From: Nemertoderma westbladi
Lineage: Eukaryota > Animalia > Xenacoelomorpha
Direction of reading: 5' to 3'
Assembly (NCBI GenBank): GCA_032718475.1
Contig: JAUCBJ010007524.1
Location: 124,001 to 188,000, forward strand
DNA: 64,000 bases
Positions 1 to 13,488 of this stretch are shown in pieces (the first letter of the stretch is position 1; each line of letters opens with the position of its first letter). Made by a program: the position numbers and the translations under genes. The notes below the pieces were generated by a model. It saw only the letters and a list, made by a program, of their open reading frames with translations. It was not told the origin of the DNA and did no database searches.

Positions 1-179
1 CATTCACCCACTCAAAAGTTATTGCAACTTTAGTGCCTGCGCGGCGTACACCAAAACGGACCTCAATATCCTGTATTGGTTTATGTAGTTTAAGCAGCTC
101 TCTAGTTACATAATAAATATTCGAGAACACTAAATTAGTTTAGCATTGAGTAAGGCAACATCGAGAGTTGAAGAATGGC

Positions 180-345
180 CTACTATATACTATTGTTATT
201 ATTATTATGTTTTATTATGTTGTTGTATTATTGTATATGTGTTGTTGTTATATTATTATGTTTTATTATGTTGTTGTATTATTGTATATGTGTTGTTGTT
301 ATATTATTATTATGTTACTATTATTATACTATACTATATTGTATA
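180..345. repeat. Low-complexity (TAT/TGT)n simple repeat with an internal ~45-bp duplication
   Basis: TATTATTATGTTTTATTATGTTGTTGTATTATTGTATATGTG repeated; the ORFs over it are Y/C/V/I low-complexity artefacts. Confidence 0.85.
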
Positions 346-380
346 TATTAGGCCATGGTTGAAGAATAAAATAATTTGAA

Positions 381-654
381 TCGCAGTAACTATGGAAGAA
401 ATATAGTAAAATACTACAATTCAATTTATTTTGTAACACTACTGTACTATAGTATATCGCTATGTTTTATTACAGAATTTAGCAACAAAAAAGTACCAAT
501 TTAAGAATAAAATTACGTATTACATGGGAAAAAACGTGGAACAATTTTTTTTCAATTTTCTCTCGACCCTTTATTAACCTCGCTGATGCTGCACTCGGTA
601 AATAAAATGCCTCGAGAATAATGAGAAAAAGTTCTACTTTTTTCCCATGTAATA
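381..654. mobile_element. Dispersed repeat, probable non-autonomous DNA element, with a 17-bp inverted repeat
   Basis: 381-590 resembles 38291-38460 (CAGTAACTATGGAAG...TTTATTTTGTAACACT; TCTCGACCC.TTATTAACCTC); TATTACATGGGAAAAAA 518-534 / TTTTTTCCCATGTAATA 638-654. Confidence 0.5.
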
Positions 655-802
655 AATAATTATTATTGTATATTGGTTATGGACAGTATAATATGGTATC
701 AAAGACTTCAGTTCCATCACTACAAAACGTATGTCATGTGACTTATATTCCAGAATAAAAGTCATTAAATAGCAAAAAAGTAGGCTAGAGTTCCGTTTGT
801 AT

Positions 803-843
803 CAAGGTGTACTAAATAACCTATAGTTATTTAGTACACCTTG
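803..843. mobile_element. 41-bp palindromic mini-transposon (TIR-only MITE, P-element or hAT-like) with 8-bp TSD
   Basis: CAAGGTGTACTAAATAAC-ctata-GTTATTTAGTACACCTTG flanked by GTTTGTAT at 795-802 and 844-851. Confidence 0.75.
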
Positions 844-1279
844 GTTTGTATTAACATTTTCAGTAAAAGTTTTTGATGCATTGCAGGACAAATTTTTATA
901 CTAATAATAATGTATATGAATGAGTACTTGATCTTGGCAGACCTAGCTCATGAATTTTATGGTAGCTAGTATTTTTTTTAGCTTGCTAGTATTTTTTGAA
1001 AATTAAAAAATAATAAAAATGATAAAAAAAATTAATAATGTTTTTGAGTGTTTTTATTAGATATTGGTAAATGTTCTAGAACCATAGTATATTTTTATAT
1101 ATAGTGTATATAGTGTATGTTTTTATTATATTGGATCTATTGTTTTTTTTACTAGCTAGTAGGCCGCCTATTTTATGAAAATAAAAAAAAATAATTAAAA
1201 TTAATATTATTTTTAAGTGTCTTTTAGATATTGGTGAATGTTCTAAAAACGTAGTAGATATTTTTTTTAATGTACTTAG

Positions 1280-3164
1280 TGTTACGAAATATGGCGCTGT
1301 GTACCAATATTAGCCGTTATACAGTATAATCATTTAGATAAGCCATAATGACGCGCAATTATATTTAGATAAGGAAACTAAAATGCCCATATTTGTGAAT
1401 TTTATCCATTTTGTACAGTATGTAGTCCTACCTATGTAATTTTGTAATTAAATATAAACAAATAGTTCTACAGTAGCAAGTTTCCTATAAAATCCTTTGA
1501 TGTAAGCTTGCTGTTATTAGTATCAATAGGATTAACTGTATATTTGCTTTAATTTCTATTATATTTGCGCTAAATTAGATTTTATGTACCGTGCTTTAAG
1601 TACCGCTAAAATAAGCAACGCCAATATTACCATATATATGGTGGTAATTTGTGATTCTGAGGGGGAATAGGTTCACAATCCGGCTTCCTTATTGGCCTAG
1701 CTGCTTCCAGGTTGGTCTAATGGTATCGCAGATTGGGGAACCAATCAGAGGATTATTGCATCATCCTCGATGAATCACATATAAATTGGCTGTATTTCCG
1801 GTATGTGCGATCCATAATCTCATTCTCACTGTGTTTCTTAATCAATCTCGATGGTTACTGCAAATTAGAATCCGAACTATGATTTCTACCCTTTTTATTA
1901 ATGGTTCTATGTGATTAAGATGCGATAATCCCACGGGATTTTCTTTAGACTGTCAGACTGTTTGTGATTGCATGCGCCGTTACGGTAGCTATTCATTCTA
2001 ATGGCGGGCTAAGGTACCGGTAGGCGCGGCGGGCGCACCGAGGGGTAGCGACGAAGGGAGTGCAGAGGATTCAAAAGCGAGCAACGCTGGCGGGGGGGTC
2101 ACCATTGTGGTCGGAAGGCTAGCAGTGTAGAGAGAAGACCGGTCGCCGGTACAGTAATTAGGGGGCTAACGATCCAGATTTTGTCTCTATTTTGTAGTGT
2201 TAGGGGGGCGGGAATTGGGTTAGTTAGGAAGCCTATATGTACCCGGGAGAGGCCTTCGTGTTCTACACTGCAAACTGTACATTGAGAACTGCTAACTGTT
2301 AAGTATTGGCTATTGATTGTTACGCTGATTTGTGTATTGCTAAAGTGTGCCTGATTAAATTATGAATGCTTAGTTAGATAGGCGCCTTTTTCCCTTGATT
2401 GATTTCTATTTCTTAGTTTACGATAAATAATTACTGATTAGGCCAAAATAATACGGTATTTAGGCTGTGCGTAATAAATTAGAATTGCGCATTCTGGAAC
2501 ACTTAGTAATTAGTACGCTGTTTCATATTTGTGACTGCAATTAATTAGTAAAATTAAGAATTTGTACGCAGCATAGCGGAGAGTAGTTACGGTAATTATT
2601 TGGAGTACTGTAAACTATTCACGGTATTCATGGGCGGTTATTTGAAAATACCAGACAATAAGCTAGATAGCAGTATCCAGTACGCAGTAGTAGGTTGCTG
2701 GCCTAAAGCCAGCCGAAGGCAAGTTTAGACCCATAGCACCAGTCCCGGTAGGACATTCTGTCACTTTGAGTTATTTTAAACATTCTCACATTCATATATT
2801 CCGTTAGGGAACCCCAGTATTTGCAATTAGAAAGGACGCGTTTATTTGCGCGTTTTTAAACAGTAAGATTATGTGATAATAATACACTCTGAGTGTAAGC
2901 CTCTGACACTCGTTTTAAGTAGCCTAGGGAGCCGTCTCGGGTTTATTGTTTTGGTTATTCCCGCGTGGCTCATAGATTCGAAAAGTTAGCTCTCTATCGA
3001 GCGATCGGTAGAGAAAGGAACAAGCAATTTGCAGGAGCAGTATAAAATTAGTAAAATATATTAGCGGACGGCAGGTTAGCGCCATCCAGCGGCGAGTAGC
3101 GGTTTTGTGTTTAGCAGTAGTGCAGTAGTAGTAATAACGCGCTCCTGATCGCCCCTGTTTAACA
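1280..3164 (+). repeat. 5' LTR of BEL copy A (~1.9 kb; 3' boundary inferred)
   Basis: Starts TGTTACGAAATATGGCGCTG like the copy B LTRs; ends TTTAACA (TGTTA/TAACA termini); part is repeated at 21414-21790. Confidence 0.7.
1731..1790 (+). promoter_or_regulatory. Putative LTR Pol II promoter (paired CCAAT boxes and TATA box)
   Basis: GATTGGGGAACCAATC followed by TATAAATTGGC; conserved at 48670-48730 and 63376-63435, where TTCAGT (Inr-like) lies ~28 nt downstream. Confidence 0.5.
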
Positions 3165-3242
3165 GTAGAACACGTGATATTTGCTGTTGCTTGCAACAGT
3201 AAAGAGTGTATTCACTATAGTCGCAATACAGTAGTACATTAG

Positions 3243-4521
3243 TGTACGCGCTTTTATAGACCTTCAGCAGTTTAACCTGCCGAAATTTATATGTCTTTAT
3301 TGATAAACTGCCTTTTATAAGATGACAAGATTTAATACAAAAACAAACCAAAAACATTAGCCGAAGCCAGTCCATGCGCGTCCAAATGACCCGTTTATAA
3401 CACCGGGAGACTGGATTCGTGGGCTTAAATTTATTTGCGGTCAAGCCTACTGTATTATTCGATTGATTACTAATATATAATCTCTGACAAATATTATTCA
3501 CTTTCGGGAAATATTAGCAGTTCCTTTTAGGACGCGGCGCTCTACCTATGTAAACAGAGTTATGACTGATACTACACACAACGATATGGCTTAAATTTCA
3601 AGCATAGGGCGCATTCTTTAGGAATGCTTTATTATCAGATCCAATCACTTTACAATCACGCACGCTACCGGTAACGCACAACACTGCTCACTGATATGCC
3701 GACAGTTACTGACTTTGATCAGGTATAAAGAGATATGCACTGGACTCAGGTAGTGTCTGTCAAACAACATTAGATTCACTACAAACACAATAATAAAGTC
3801 GCAATTGTTGTACATAACCTTTCTCTCTAACCTGTAGTGTATCAAAGATATTGGGAAAATGTGGGTTGATTATTGATATTCTTCAACTAATAACATCCAA
3901 TTATACTGATACAAAATTACAAACAGTAAAAGCAGTATGACGGTAGGTTAAGATATAATTAGATTGCATTGAATCGTTAAGTTATAAATTGGAATCGTGT
4001 CGAATCGAATCGGATCGAATCGATAATAGCTATGCTTTCTATAATTTAGCCTACTAATGTTCTTATAAAAAGGCAGAAACATTGCGTCATTCCAGCCGAT
4101 CTTCAGGCAGTATGGAACGACATAAACACTGAGTTTGGGAGCTGCTGTAGGTATCTCTTCAAGGAAAACGCAAATCACCCTGATTGGTTGTTAGACCAAA
4201 ACAAAGGAACCAGGAGTCCAATGAGAGCTCCCTCCACGTCATCATCCAGCTGGGAGATGTCGTAATCAGAATCCTTCCCTTGACATAGTGACAGTGAAAT
4301 GCCGCATTGCGGGTTGTGTACCCTGCTACGTCCGCATAAAGCACACATTCAGAAGAATCTATTTTATGTCCGTTAAAAACACTTATACAGCACCCCGAGG
4401 GCTAGGGGATCCAATTATATCTGTAAACGCTTTTACAGCAGGTTTCAGAGTATTTCAGCGTATGGGGGAAAAACTGGATCGCGGGGCGAAGGACCAGTTG
4501 CATCCCACAGAAGCTTTTACA
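3243..4521. mobile_element. Solo LTR (1279 bp) of an unrelated LTR element inserted in the copy A leader
   Basis: TGTA...TACA termini, 5-bp TSD ATTAG (3238-3242, 4522-4526), absent from copy B. Confidence 0.85.
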
Positions 4522-5546
4522 ATTAGGCTGACTTGCTGTACTGCAAACAGTAGAAAACGATATTTTGTTCTGCAGTACTATGTACATGCATACAGTGCAT
4601 ACGTACATACGTACATACATACAGTGTGTTCACTTAGGCTGTTAGGTTAGTGTACTGTTTACTTGCTGTACTGCGTACAGTGAGATATACAGTAGTGCGT
4701 TTACTAATCGCAAATACAGCAGTTCATTAGGCCGTTAGGGCAGACTGTAAATTAGTAAGTTTTTTGAAAATTTTAGCTAGGTTTGTGAGAATTCAGTTTC
4801 GGTCAAAATTATTTTATAATAAAATCTAGAGTTTTGTACCGGTATGTTAGATAACCGCTTAGTTGTTTTATACCATCTGGAGATACATGGCGAGACGGAG
4901 CTTGTGAGTTTGGGGTTTGTGTGGGCCTGCGGGTTCGGTTTGCAATCAGCGAAGAGCCTGAGACTTTGGACGCGGACGTGGAATCTCACAGCAAACAAGG
5001 TTAGTTGTTCTGTTGGCACCATTGTATTTGTGGAAGCAGTAAAAAATTACCGGTTGTTTAACTGCGAAGCTGAACTCAATTTATTAGTAGGATAGTTAGG
5101 TTTAGCCGGCCATGGTTTTTTGAATCGCTCAAGTTAGAGAGAGAGAGAGAGAGAGTCGCAACCCGAAGGTATAGCCACGCGCTAGTGGATACATATAATA
5201 TTTGAAATTAAAATTACGTCGATTAGAGCTATATATATAAAGTTAGAAATATTTTGGGAGACAAATTCATTTTTTGAATATTTTGAATTAGATTCAGAAA
5301 TTATTTTGTGTCATACCGGTATTTAAATGCTATATAATAGCTATAGAATAATATGTTTGTTTAAATATTATACCGGTATTAACTATAACTATATCCTATT
5401 AAATTCACAATATTATATTGCGAATTTATTTCGACATTTGAGACCAACTAATTATTTGACAAATATTTTAATCGTATTTTCGATTAAATTATATATATCT
5501 CGAATTTTGCGAGATTTTAGCCGGAAGGCAAAATATTACTTAGGCT

Positions 5547-8500
5547 ATGAGTGTCTCAGAGAAGGAGGCACTAGAGGACAGCTATGAGACGGCGGCTGGA
5601 CCGCCGACTGACGATAGCGTCAATATAACTGTTGACGACAATGCCGACTATGACGGCGCAGCGAGTGACGCTGACGTAAGTTAACAGGAGGACGAGACAG
5701 TAACCAGTGAGGATGAGCCAGGTGAAGTAATAGTATTAGGATCCCCTACTGCTACTGTAAGGAAGGATTGCACAGCAGCCCGGCCAGAGGTGAGTGATAG
5801 GGAGAGTAGTGCACCAGACCTGTGGGTATGGTAAGTGCCGTGGCCCCAGCGGCTGTAAGGAGTACCCGTAGTTCCCGTAATGATCCTTCAAGTCCACCGA
5901 GTGTGAGTCAGGTAAGCGAGAGAGAACTAGACATCGCGATAAAGAAGAAACTTCACGCGCATGCCGGACATATAACCCGGACAGCGGACAAGGTAAGGAA
6001 GATACTAGCCGACTCTGGTAACATCGGAAGGGAAGGGTTAGTAGAGGTTAGAAAGGGATACAACTCAGCGTTATTCAAGCAGACGGAGGAGCTTGCAGTC
6101 CTAGCGAAGAGGGCAGTGGAGTCTCAGTCGAGCGACGTGCGACGAGGGTTTACGACAGGGCTTTAGCGGCTTTGTTAGAACACCGCACGTTATCGGAGCG
6201 ATTTCGACGAGTTAGAACAGAAAACTGGTTGCTATGGGTATCGCAAGCGCAGGCGACTCAGGTGAGTGACGCAGAGTCGAGGAACTTAGTGGAGCGGGAA
6301 GATACCCAAGACAAGGAAGAGCGAAAGTATCAGAGGGAAGTCACCAGCTGGCTGTTGCAGAGTGGAGTGGTGGTACCGGGTCAGGTGCTACCGACGACGG
6401 AGAACATCCAACAGAGGACGTTAACTCCACCCGACGACGCATCTAGAGACAGCGGCGATTCTCAGGTTAGTCACGGGCGAGGGAAGGTTATATGCGCTAT
6501 ATCCCTTGTTTCTCACAACTCGGCAGAGGAGAGAAGACGCCGACTAGATGAACAACAAGCAGAGGTTTTGCATGCATCGGAAGCACGGAAGGAAGCCGAA
6601 CGGGAACAGGAGCGCACACGTAAGTTAGACGTGAAGCTGCAAGAGTTGGAAGACATAAGTAAGAGTGAGCAAGCGGAACGCGAAGAACGTGAACTCCAAC
6701 TCGAACGCGAACGCGAAGAATGCGAACTCCAACTCGAACGCGAACGCGAATGGGAAACCAAGGAACGCAAACGCGAAGAACACGAACTCCAACTCGAACG
6801 CGAATGCGAACGGGAAGCCAAGGAACGCGAACAAAGGAGACGCGAACTCCAACTCAAACGCGAGCGCCAGGAGCGCTAACTCGAGCGCGAGAGGGAGCGA
6901 CGCGCATTTGTATGAAGAGAAGGCGCGATTGGAAGAAGAGAGCGCAGCGAGACGAGCGAGGGAAGAAGAACAACGTAAATTGGCGCAGTTGGAAAGTGCA
7001 AGACTAAACCTAGAGAGCGAAGAATGGACCAGGAAGGCGAATAAATCGCCGAGAAGGGGATTCGAATGATCGAAGAATGTGGGGCGAGTGTAGGTACCGA
7101 GTTGCGAGAACTGTTTGCACAGCAGAAGGCCGAACAGGAGGCGAGAACTCTGACTATACGGGAGTCGACGACGACCAGAATTCCTATACCCGGTCCAGCT
7201 ATTACGAGTACACGGATCGCTAAACCGTTCTCTACATATCGCACGCCGGTTGGGATTAGTGCTTCACCCATCGCGCAGGATCCGCGCCATCAGGACGGCA
7301 CGCCACAACGCAATTATTATCGGGAGAAAGAGGAGTTTAGAGAAGAAACTCCGACAGGCCGAGTATTGGGCGTACCGAACCCACGGGTTTGGAATACACG
7401 GATGGATCACTGACCCAGTTCGACGGAGAACTTCCGGGTTAAACCGGAAGAGGGATCATATGAGAGACAGCGGATTACTCAGATAGAGCCGACAATACAG
7501 CAGAACCCTAGCCAGGAATTTATTACGAGGGAGGAGTTAGGTGCTAGTTTAGCGCAAGCTATATCGCCGCACATCCAACCTATAACGGACATGCTTAGTA
7601 ACCTACAGTTAAAGGAAGCAGCCCAGGTAAGAAGTAATTCTAATCCTAGCAGGCCTGAGTTAGATAACGTCCAACCTAGTCAACAAGTACACATATTGGA
7701 GGCAACTATACCACATAGACATCAGGTAGGAACGCCTGTCCCTACGATTCATAATCCCAACTTTGAAAATTCGGCGGAAAGATTTATACAAGAGGCCTGG
7801 GTCAGGGCCTCGGCACGCAAACCAACGCGAGCGCTGAGGACTGACACAGACTCAAGCGATGAAGAGGAAGAAATGAGACGTCAGAAGTCCCAAAACCGGA
7901 AGGAAAGAAGGACTGACACGGAGCAGGTAAGTTTAAATCCCCGGGAAAGGACCAGACTTAATAACCCTGCAGAACTAAATAATTTGTTAACCCGGAACGA
8001 CGCAACCCTTAGAGACATAGGTAAGTTTGCCGCTAGGCAAGGACTGCCGAAGCAACAACCCCAGAAGTTTATGGGCAACCATAGACATTGGAGGACGTTT
8101 AAAACCTATGTCGACGAACAGCTGACCAACACCACCTTTACTCCCAACAAAAAATTCAACTATCTGCTACAGATGCTCCATCGAGAACCTAGAGCCATTG
8201 CTGACAACTTCGTCGGCAATGAAAGAGCATTTGAGTTAGCTATGAAGACGCTTAGCGACATCTATGGGAATAAAACCAAGATGGCACAGTCGATAGTGGA
8301 AGACTTGGGTAAGGGCGGAAGGATTACGACTCCGTTAGAGCTGTTGAACTTGGCGAACGCTATTTCGAACGCATTAGACATCTTGAGGACAGTGAATCTA
8401 CCTCATCATGGTGATCACGCCGAAGTTTTGAAGAGCATAATAAGACATTTAAACATGCGTTACCGACAGAAATGGTGCAAATTAGATAATAAGTGGATCA

Positions 8501-11500
8501 AGGGAAGGTGTTGACACTTCAACACATCCATGACATGATAGCCACAGATGTGGTAGCAGAGATGAAATCAAACTTCTCAGAGGAGAATATGAGGGAGTCT
8601 AAACCTGTTACTGGTAAGTCAATGGTAAGTTTTGACGATGACAGAACCCCTGTGACTTTTAACTCAGTAGACAGATATATTTATTTATTTCTTTATTTAC
8701 CGCAGGCAACATATGGAAAATATTATATTATAATCGCACAATCAGCCCATATCGTCTACCTACGTTACAGCACAATAATTAAATATTAAGTATTCAATTG
8801 ATTACGTATGTATGTACTTAGTAATACTAATAATTCGCTAAATTAAATTTCGCTAAATTAACAGATTTTCGGAATTGCACATTTCAAAAATTCTAGAACT
8901 ATGCAACGCGGTGTAACGATATACAGCATTTACAATATAATTACTGGAACATTTTATCCTACGAAATAAACTTTGAATTGATTTGTAACGTAAATGAATG
9001 AAGCACGAAATATTGTTGCAACCAAAGAAATATGACATACTAGAACCTACAGAGATGAAAAATAGCTTTCTTGCTGCATTATTGTATGCTACCCTTAACC
9101 GATTATAGACAACAGATGAATAGTTCCTACGTGACCATAGAGCATTACAATATAGTGGAGTTATAAACGCTAGAAATAAACGAACTTTCACTGCAACGGT
9201 ACAGGTACTGAATTTTCTAAACAACGTATTTGTACGGGCGTACATACTACCTATTTGTTTCTTTATGTCAAGATCATCATCACGTGATTCGTGTATTATA
9301 TGACCCAAATATGTAAATTTATCAGTTCTAGAAATAACACGCTGGTATAAATATATTGGAGCTATTGTACTTAAGTTACAAGATTTCGGGCACAAAAACA
9401 TTACCTTAGTCTTCTTTAAATTAAACAATATAGAATGTGAAATGGCATAATCCTGACACACATTAACTAACTTTTGTAAACCTATAAGTGAATTTGACAT
9501 TAAACCAATGTCGTCTGCATACATTGTATGATTAATCCTTTGACCATTAATTGAACAACCTACATTAGCCATTATAAGTTTACGGGATAAGTCGTCCATG
9601 TAAACATTAAATAAATAACCAGATAATATTCCGCCTTGCTTCACGCCATTAAACACTGCAAACGTTCTGGAATATGTAGCACCCCAGCGCACTTGTAATG
9701 TTTGATGTCGGTACCAAAAGGCTAAAATACGCACCAAATAGAGTGGTACATTCCTATTTATTAATTTCTGAAAAAGTTTATCGTGATCTATTCTGTCAAA
9801 TGCTTTAGATGCATCCAAGAAACAAATATACATATTTCATATATATAATTCGAGTACCCCTGCCTTTAGATCAGACTCGCGAGTATGGTCGGGTGAGCGG
9901 TCAGATAGACCTAAGGAAAAGCAACAGGAGTTGCCGGATGGATTTGTAGGTTGCCAATTCTGCCTACTAAAGGAGGTAAGATCTGACGACCACAAGTTAG
10001 ACAGTTGCAGACGGTTCAAAGAGTTAACTTCGGAACAGAGAAGAGTTTAAGTGCGGAAGTTGGACACCTGTTGGGCATGTCTTGCGCCAGGTCATGTACG
10101 GCACCAGTGCCCGAACAGCAAGGACGGATGCATGGAATGCGGCAGACTTCATCACAAGTTGCTACATGCGGATTTCCATACCCCAACGGACCGTTACCTA
10201 CAGAGAAATCCTCAAAGGAAGGGGAGCAGAGATCCCGTAACGATAAGGAGAAATACGTACACCGGCATTCAGACCAGCTCGAGAAACGAGACCAGCTGAG
10301 CCGCATGTGAATGGACCACACGCCCATAGGACTATATTAGGTTGGTATACACGAGTACCTATGTCTTATGAGTTTACACGACGGATTACAGCCTATAACT
10401 CAACCACCGTTAGTAGAACCACCAGACATAGAAGAGTTTAGGAGAACCTGTATTGACCACTATAGGTTAGCGAGTCGGACGAGGAGTTGATTCCCGATAA
10501 TGTTAGATTGTCGGAGCCACTCTACAACGACCGGACGGATAGTGAACCCGAGGACTACTGTTATCAGACCCGTGGGTCTGGATCAGCAGCCCACACCACT
10601 TATTTGAGTAACGTTTTGACTTATACCGATATAGTGGAGGGTCAGGTGGCTAAATATCGAGACCTCGACATTTTCCAATACAGTGAGGAGGAGCTACAGA
10701 AGGAATTGATACACCAGGACCTCGAGACAGGAGCTAGAACCATCGAATGGCTGGATAGGGACGCAATGGAACCCGGTGGATACGACCTAACCATGTCCAC
10801 TGATGAGAAACGGTCGCTAGAGATGATGGAAGATACCATACGTCTGCTACCGACAGGACATTTTGAAGTTGGAATGTTGTGGCATCGACAACCTCCTAAG
10901 TTGGAGAACAACTACAACTTGGCTCTGAAAAGATTGAACGGAGTAAGGGCTCGGTTGTTAAAGAATCCAGACGTTAGGGAGAAGTATTGCGCCCAGATAA
11001 ACAACTATTTCGCCAAGGGATTTGCTGGGAAGGTAGAGGACCCGGACTTAGTGACGGACCAGACTTATTACCTCCCACACCACTATGTGACTCACCCTGA
11101 CAAACCAGACAAACTCCGAGTAGTCAATGACTGCGCAGCAGTCTATTGAGGTATGTCCCTGAACACAGAGTTGATGGATGGTCCCAACTTAAATAACTAT
11201 CGGCGATTCGCGTTTACTTTTGACATCGAGGCGATGTTTCACCAGGTAAGAGCCTGCAAGGCGGACCAGGATAGTCTCCAATTTCTCTGGTTTGAGAATG
11301 AAGACCTATCTGGCCCAGTGGTTACATACCAGATGTATGTCAGGATATTCGGTGCCCGCGATAGTCCCAACGGCACGCTGTTTGTTCTAAAGAAAACGGC
11401 AACGGCCCAGATTGGTAAGTATCCAGTAGACATTATTGAGTCCATCCTGAGAAACTTCTATATGGACGATGGATTGGACGATGGGATATACATAAGAGGT

Positions 11501-12626
11501 TGCATCACGTGGGAAAGTTACACTGTTTGTCGGCAGCGAGACAGCGATTCATTCTATTGCAGCCAAGCAGGGCAGTAGGTACAATGTACGACGCCTGTCT
11601 GGTTTGCACGAGGGTGAATGCCAGAGTATTGGAACAGGAGATGGCTGAACTCCCGGAAGCGAGAGTGCAGGCATATGACCCACCCTTTACAAATACAGGG
11701 GTGGACTGTTTTGGTCCAATTGAGGCAAAGAGTGGACGGCTGACCCACAAGAGATGGGGCCTGGTACTGATATGTATGGCTAGTAGAGCCATGCATATAG
11801 AGCGTGTGGCAGACATGTCGACCAAATCTCTGCTCCTGGCCTTAAGAGATTTATGGCCAGGAGAGGACTAGTAAAGGCGTTCTACTCCGACAAGGGTACA
11901 AACTTTGTTGGAGGGAATAGCGAGTTGAACGGGGCTCATAGGGCGGCGCAGAATAGAGAAATCTCTGCAGCACTTTTGCCGCAAAGAGTGGAGTGGAAGT
12001 TTAACACTCCAGAAAGTCCCTGGAGAGGAGGAAGTTGGGAGCGTTTGGTTCGTTCCATAAAACAGGCCATTACTAAAACATTGCCTGTAAACAAACAACT
12101 TACCGACGACGAGCTGGTAACAGCTTTCATCAAAATCGAGCATACATTGAACTCGAGGCCAATAGCTATGTTGCCAGACGGTGTTGCATTAACGCCGAAT
12201 CATTTGCTAATGCAGAGTCCAGTGTTTCTTGTGCCGGCATCAGAACCCAGTAGTGCCGACCTATATAGTCGTAAGAGCTGGAAAATAACTCAATTTGTTG
12301 CGTACACATTCTGGGAATATTGGCGGGAATATTATCTTCCCACAATATCCACCAGATCTAAGTGGTACAAAACAGTTCGAAGCCTCCAAACAGGAGACTA
12401 CGTATTAATAACTGAACCAGTTGTCAAGAGAAAATATTGGGAGACCGGAGTCATCTTGCACATACACCCGGACGTACAAAATATAGTGCGCACCGTCACT
12501 GTGAAAATAAGGTGCAAGTGTCCGAACCCAAAGAAGTGTAAAACTAATGGTTTACACACCTTGGACAGACCGGTACAAGATATCGTGTTATTAGAGGAGA
12601 CGCGCATCGAGACAGGAGACTTATAA
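5547..12626 (+). pseudogene. Disrupted gag-pol of BEL copy A (Gag, zinc knuckles, partial RT, integrase; protease and RNase H deleted)
   Basis: ORF pieces 5822-6166, 6172-6879, 7591-8514, 10487-11149, 11153-11578 (FYMDD), 11500-11871 (VDCFGP), 11853-12626 (SDKGTNF, GGSWERLV, FWEYWREYYLP); stops, frameshifts and deletions relative to copy B. Confidence 0.9.
8680..9846 (-). mobile_element. 5'-truncated non-LTR retrotransposon (RT C-terminal half) inserted in copy A gag
   Basis: ORF 8853-9833 with FLDASKAFD, GVKQGGILS, YADD, YLG; (AAAT)n-like tail at ~8680-8700; interrupts AGATATA|ATTCGAG, which is intact in copy B. Confidence 0.9.
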
Positions 12627-12834
12627 TTTGTCTCCTGCCTCAAAACAAAATTAGTGTTAGAACGCAAACTCATTTCGTATGCATTCCTCGTATGCAAATA
12701 TTGAGAATTTGTCTAGTGGGTATCAAAACAAAATTTTATTTTCGAAAATGTTTGGAAAATTAAAAAATTTTTTAAAAAATTAGAAGTGAACCCAAGACAA
12801 TTCCAAACGCTGTGTATAGACCCGTTCTAGAATC

Positions 12835-13372
12835 TGTTAGCTTATTCAATCCCGCCAACACCCCATAAAGTTATTAGCCGATAAGCAATATTGGGAGCCA
12901 CGAGATTGGGTAATTAACCAACTCGTGCCATCCCAATGAGAGTGGGAAGGAAGCACACAATAGAGGGTCAGGGGCCAAACCCCTAACCCAAGGAGAACAG
13001 GTGGAGTGAACGGGAATACTCCACGGGGCGCCAACAAGGGTATTAACCAATCAGAGGGGGGAATGGCATCGATTGAGTAGCAGTAAGGCCACCGTGCAAT
13101 ATAACCAATAACCTATTGATCAGTGATTCAGTTATCTCAGTGCAGCAGTGCTAGCGTAGGGTACAGCCAATTAGTTTAGTTAGGGGATCACGGGACTTTA
13201 GTTACCGTATCCCGCCTACCGTATAATTCACAATATATCTATATCCTATAACCTATTATTATACACCGAACTTCAGAACTCAATTATCTTTATTTCACTC
13301 TTATACACGGCGGGGACGCGTGGACTAAATACCACATCGGATAAATCGGGATCCCTCCTGGATCCCGTCACA
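12835..13372 (+). repeat. 5' LTR of the nested element
   Basis: TGTTAGC...GTCACA, direct repeat of 19596-20133. Confidence 0.95.
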
Positions 13373-13488
13373 GTAACTAAAACGGTGTTGCTTCCCCAGC
13401 TAAACTCAGTAACTAAAGACGAGCTGCCGCCCCAGTTAAACACAAAGAACTCCACCCTAGCTAGCCGAACCATCAGCCACCAGACGAG

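Noticed and set aside
3190-3204. Alternative LTR end for copy A at GCAACA (3198)
   Set aside because: TAACA at 3164 matches the TGTTA start better, and its downstream sequence aligns with that after 50390; the boundary remains inferred
6513-7069. Overlapping low-complexity ORFs (NSNS, FAFELE, SRSR)
   Set aside because: Alternative frames of the expanded ERELQLERE coiled-coil repeat in Gag
12846-13037. Antisense 63-aa ORF present twice (also 19607-19798)
   Set aside because: Duplicated only because it lies within the matching LTRs
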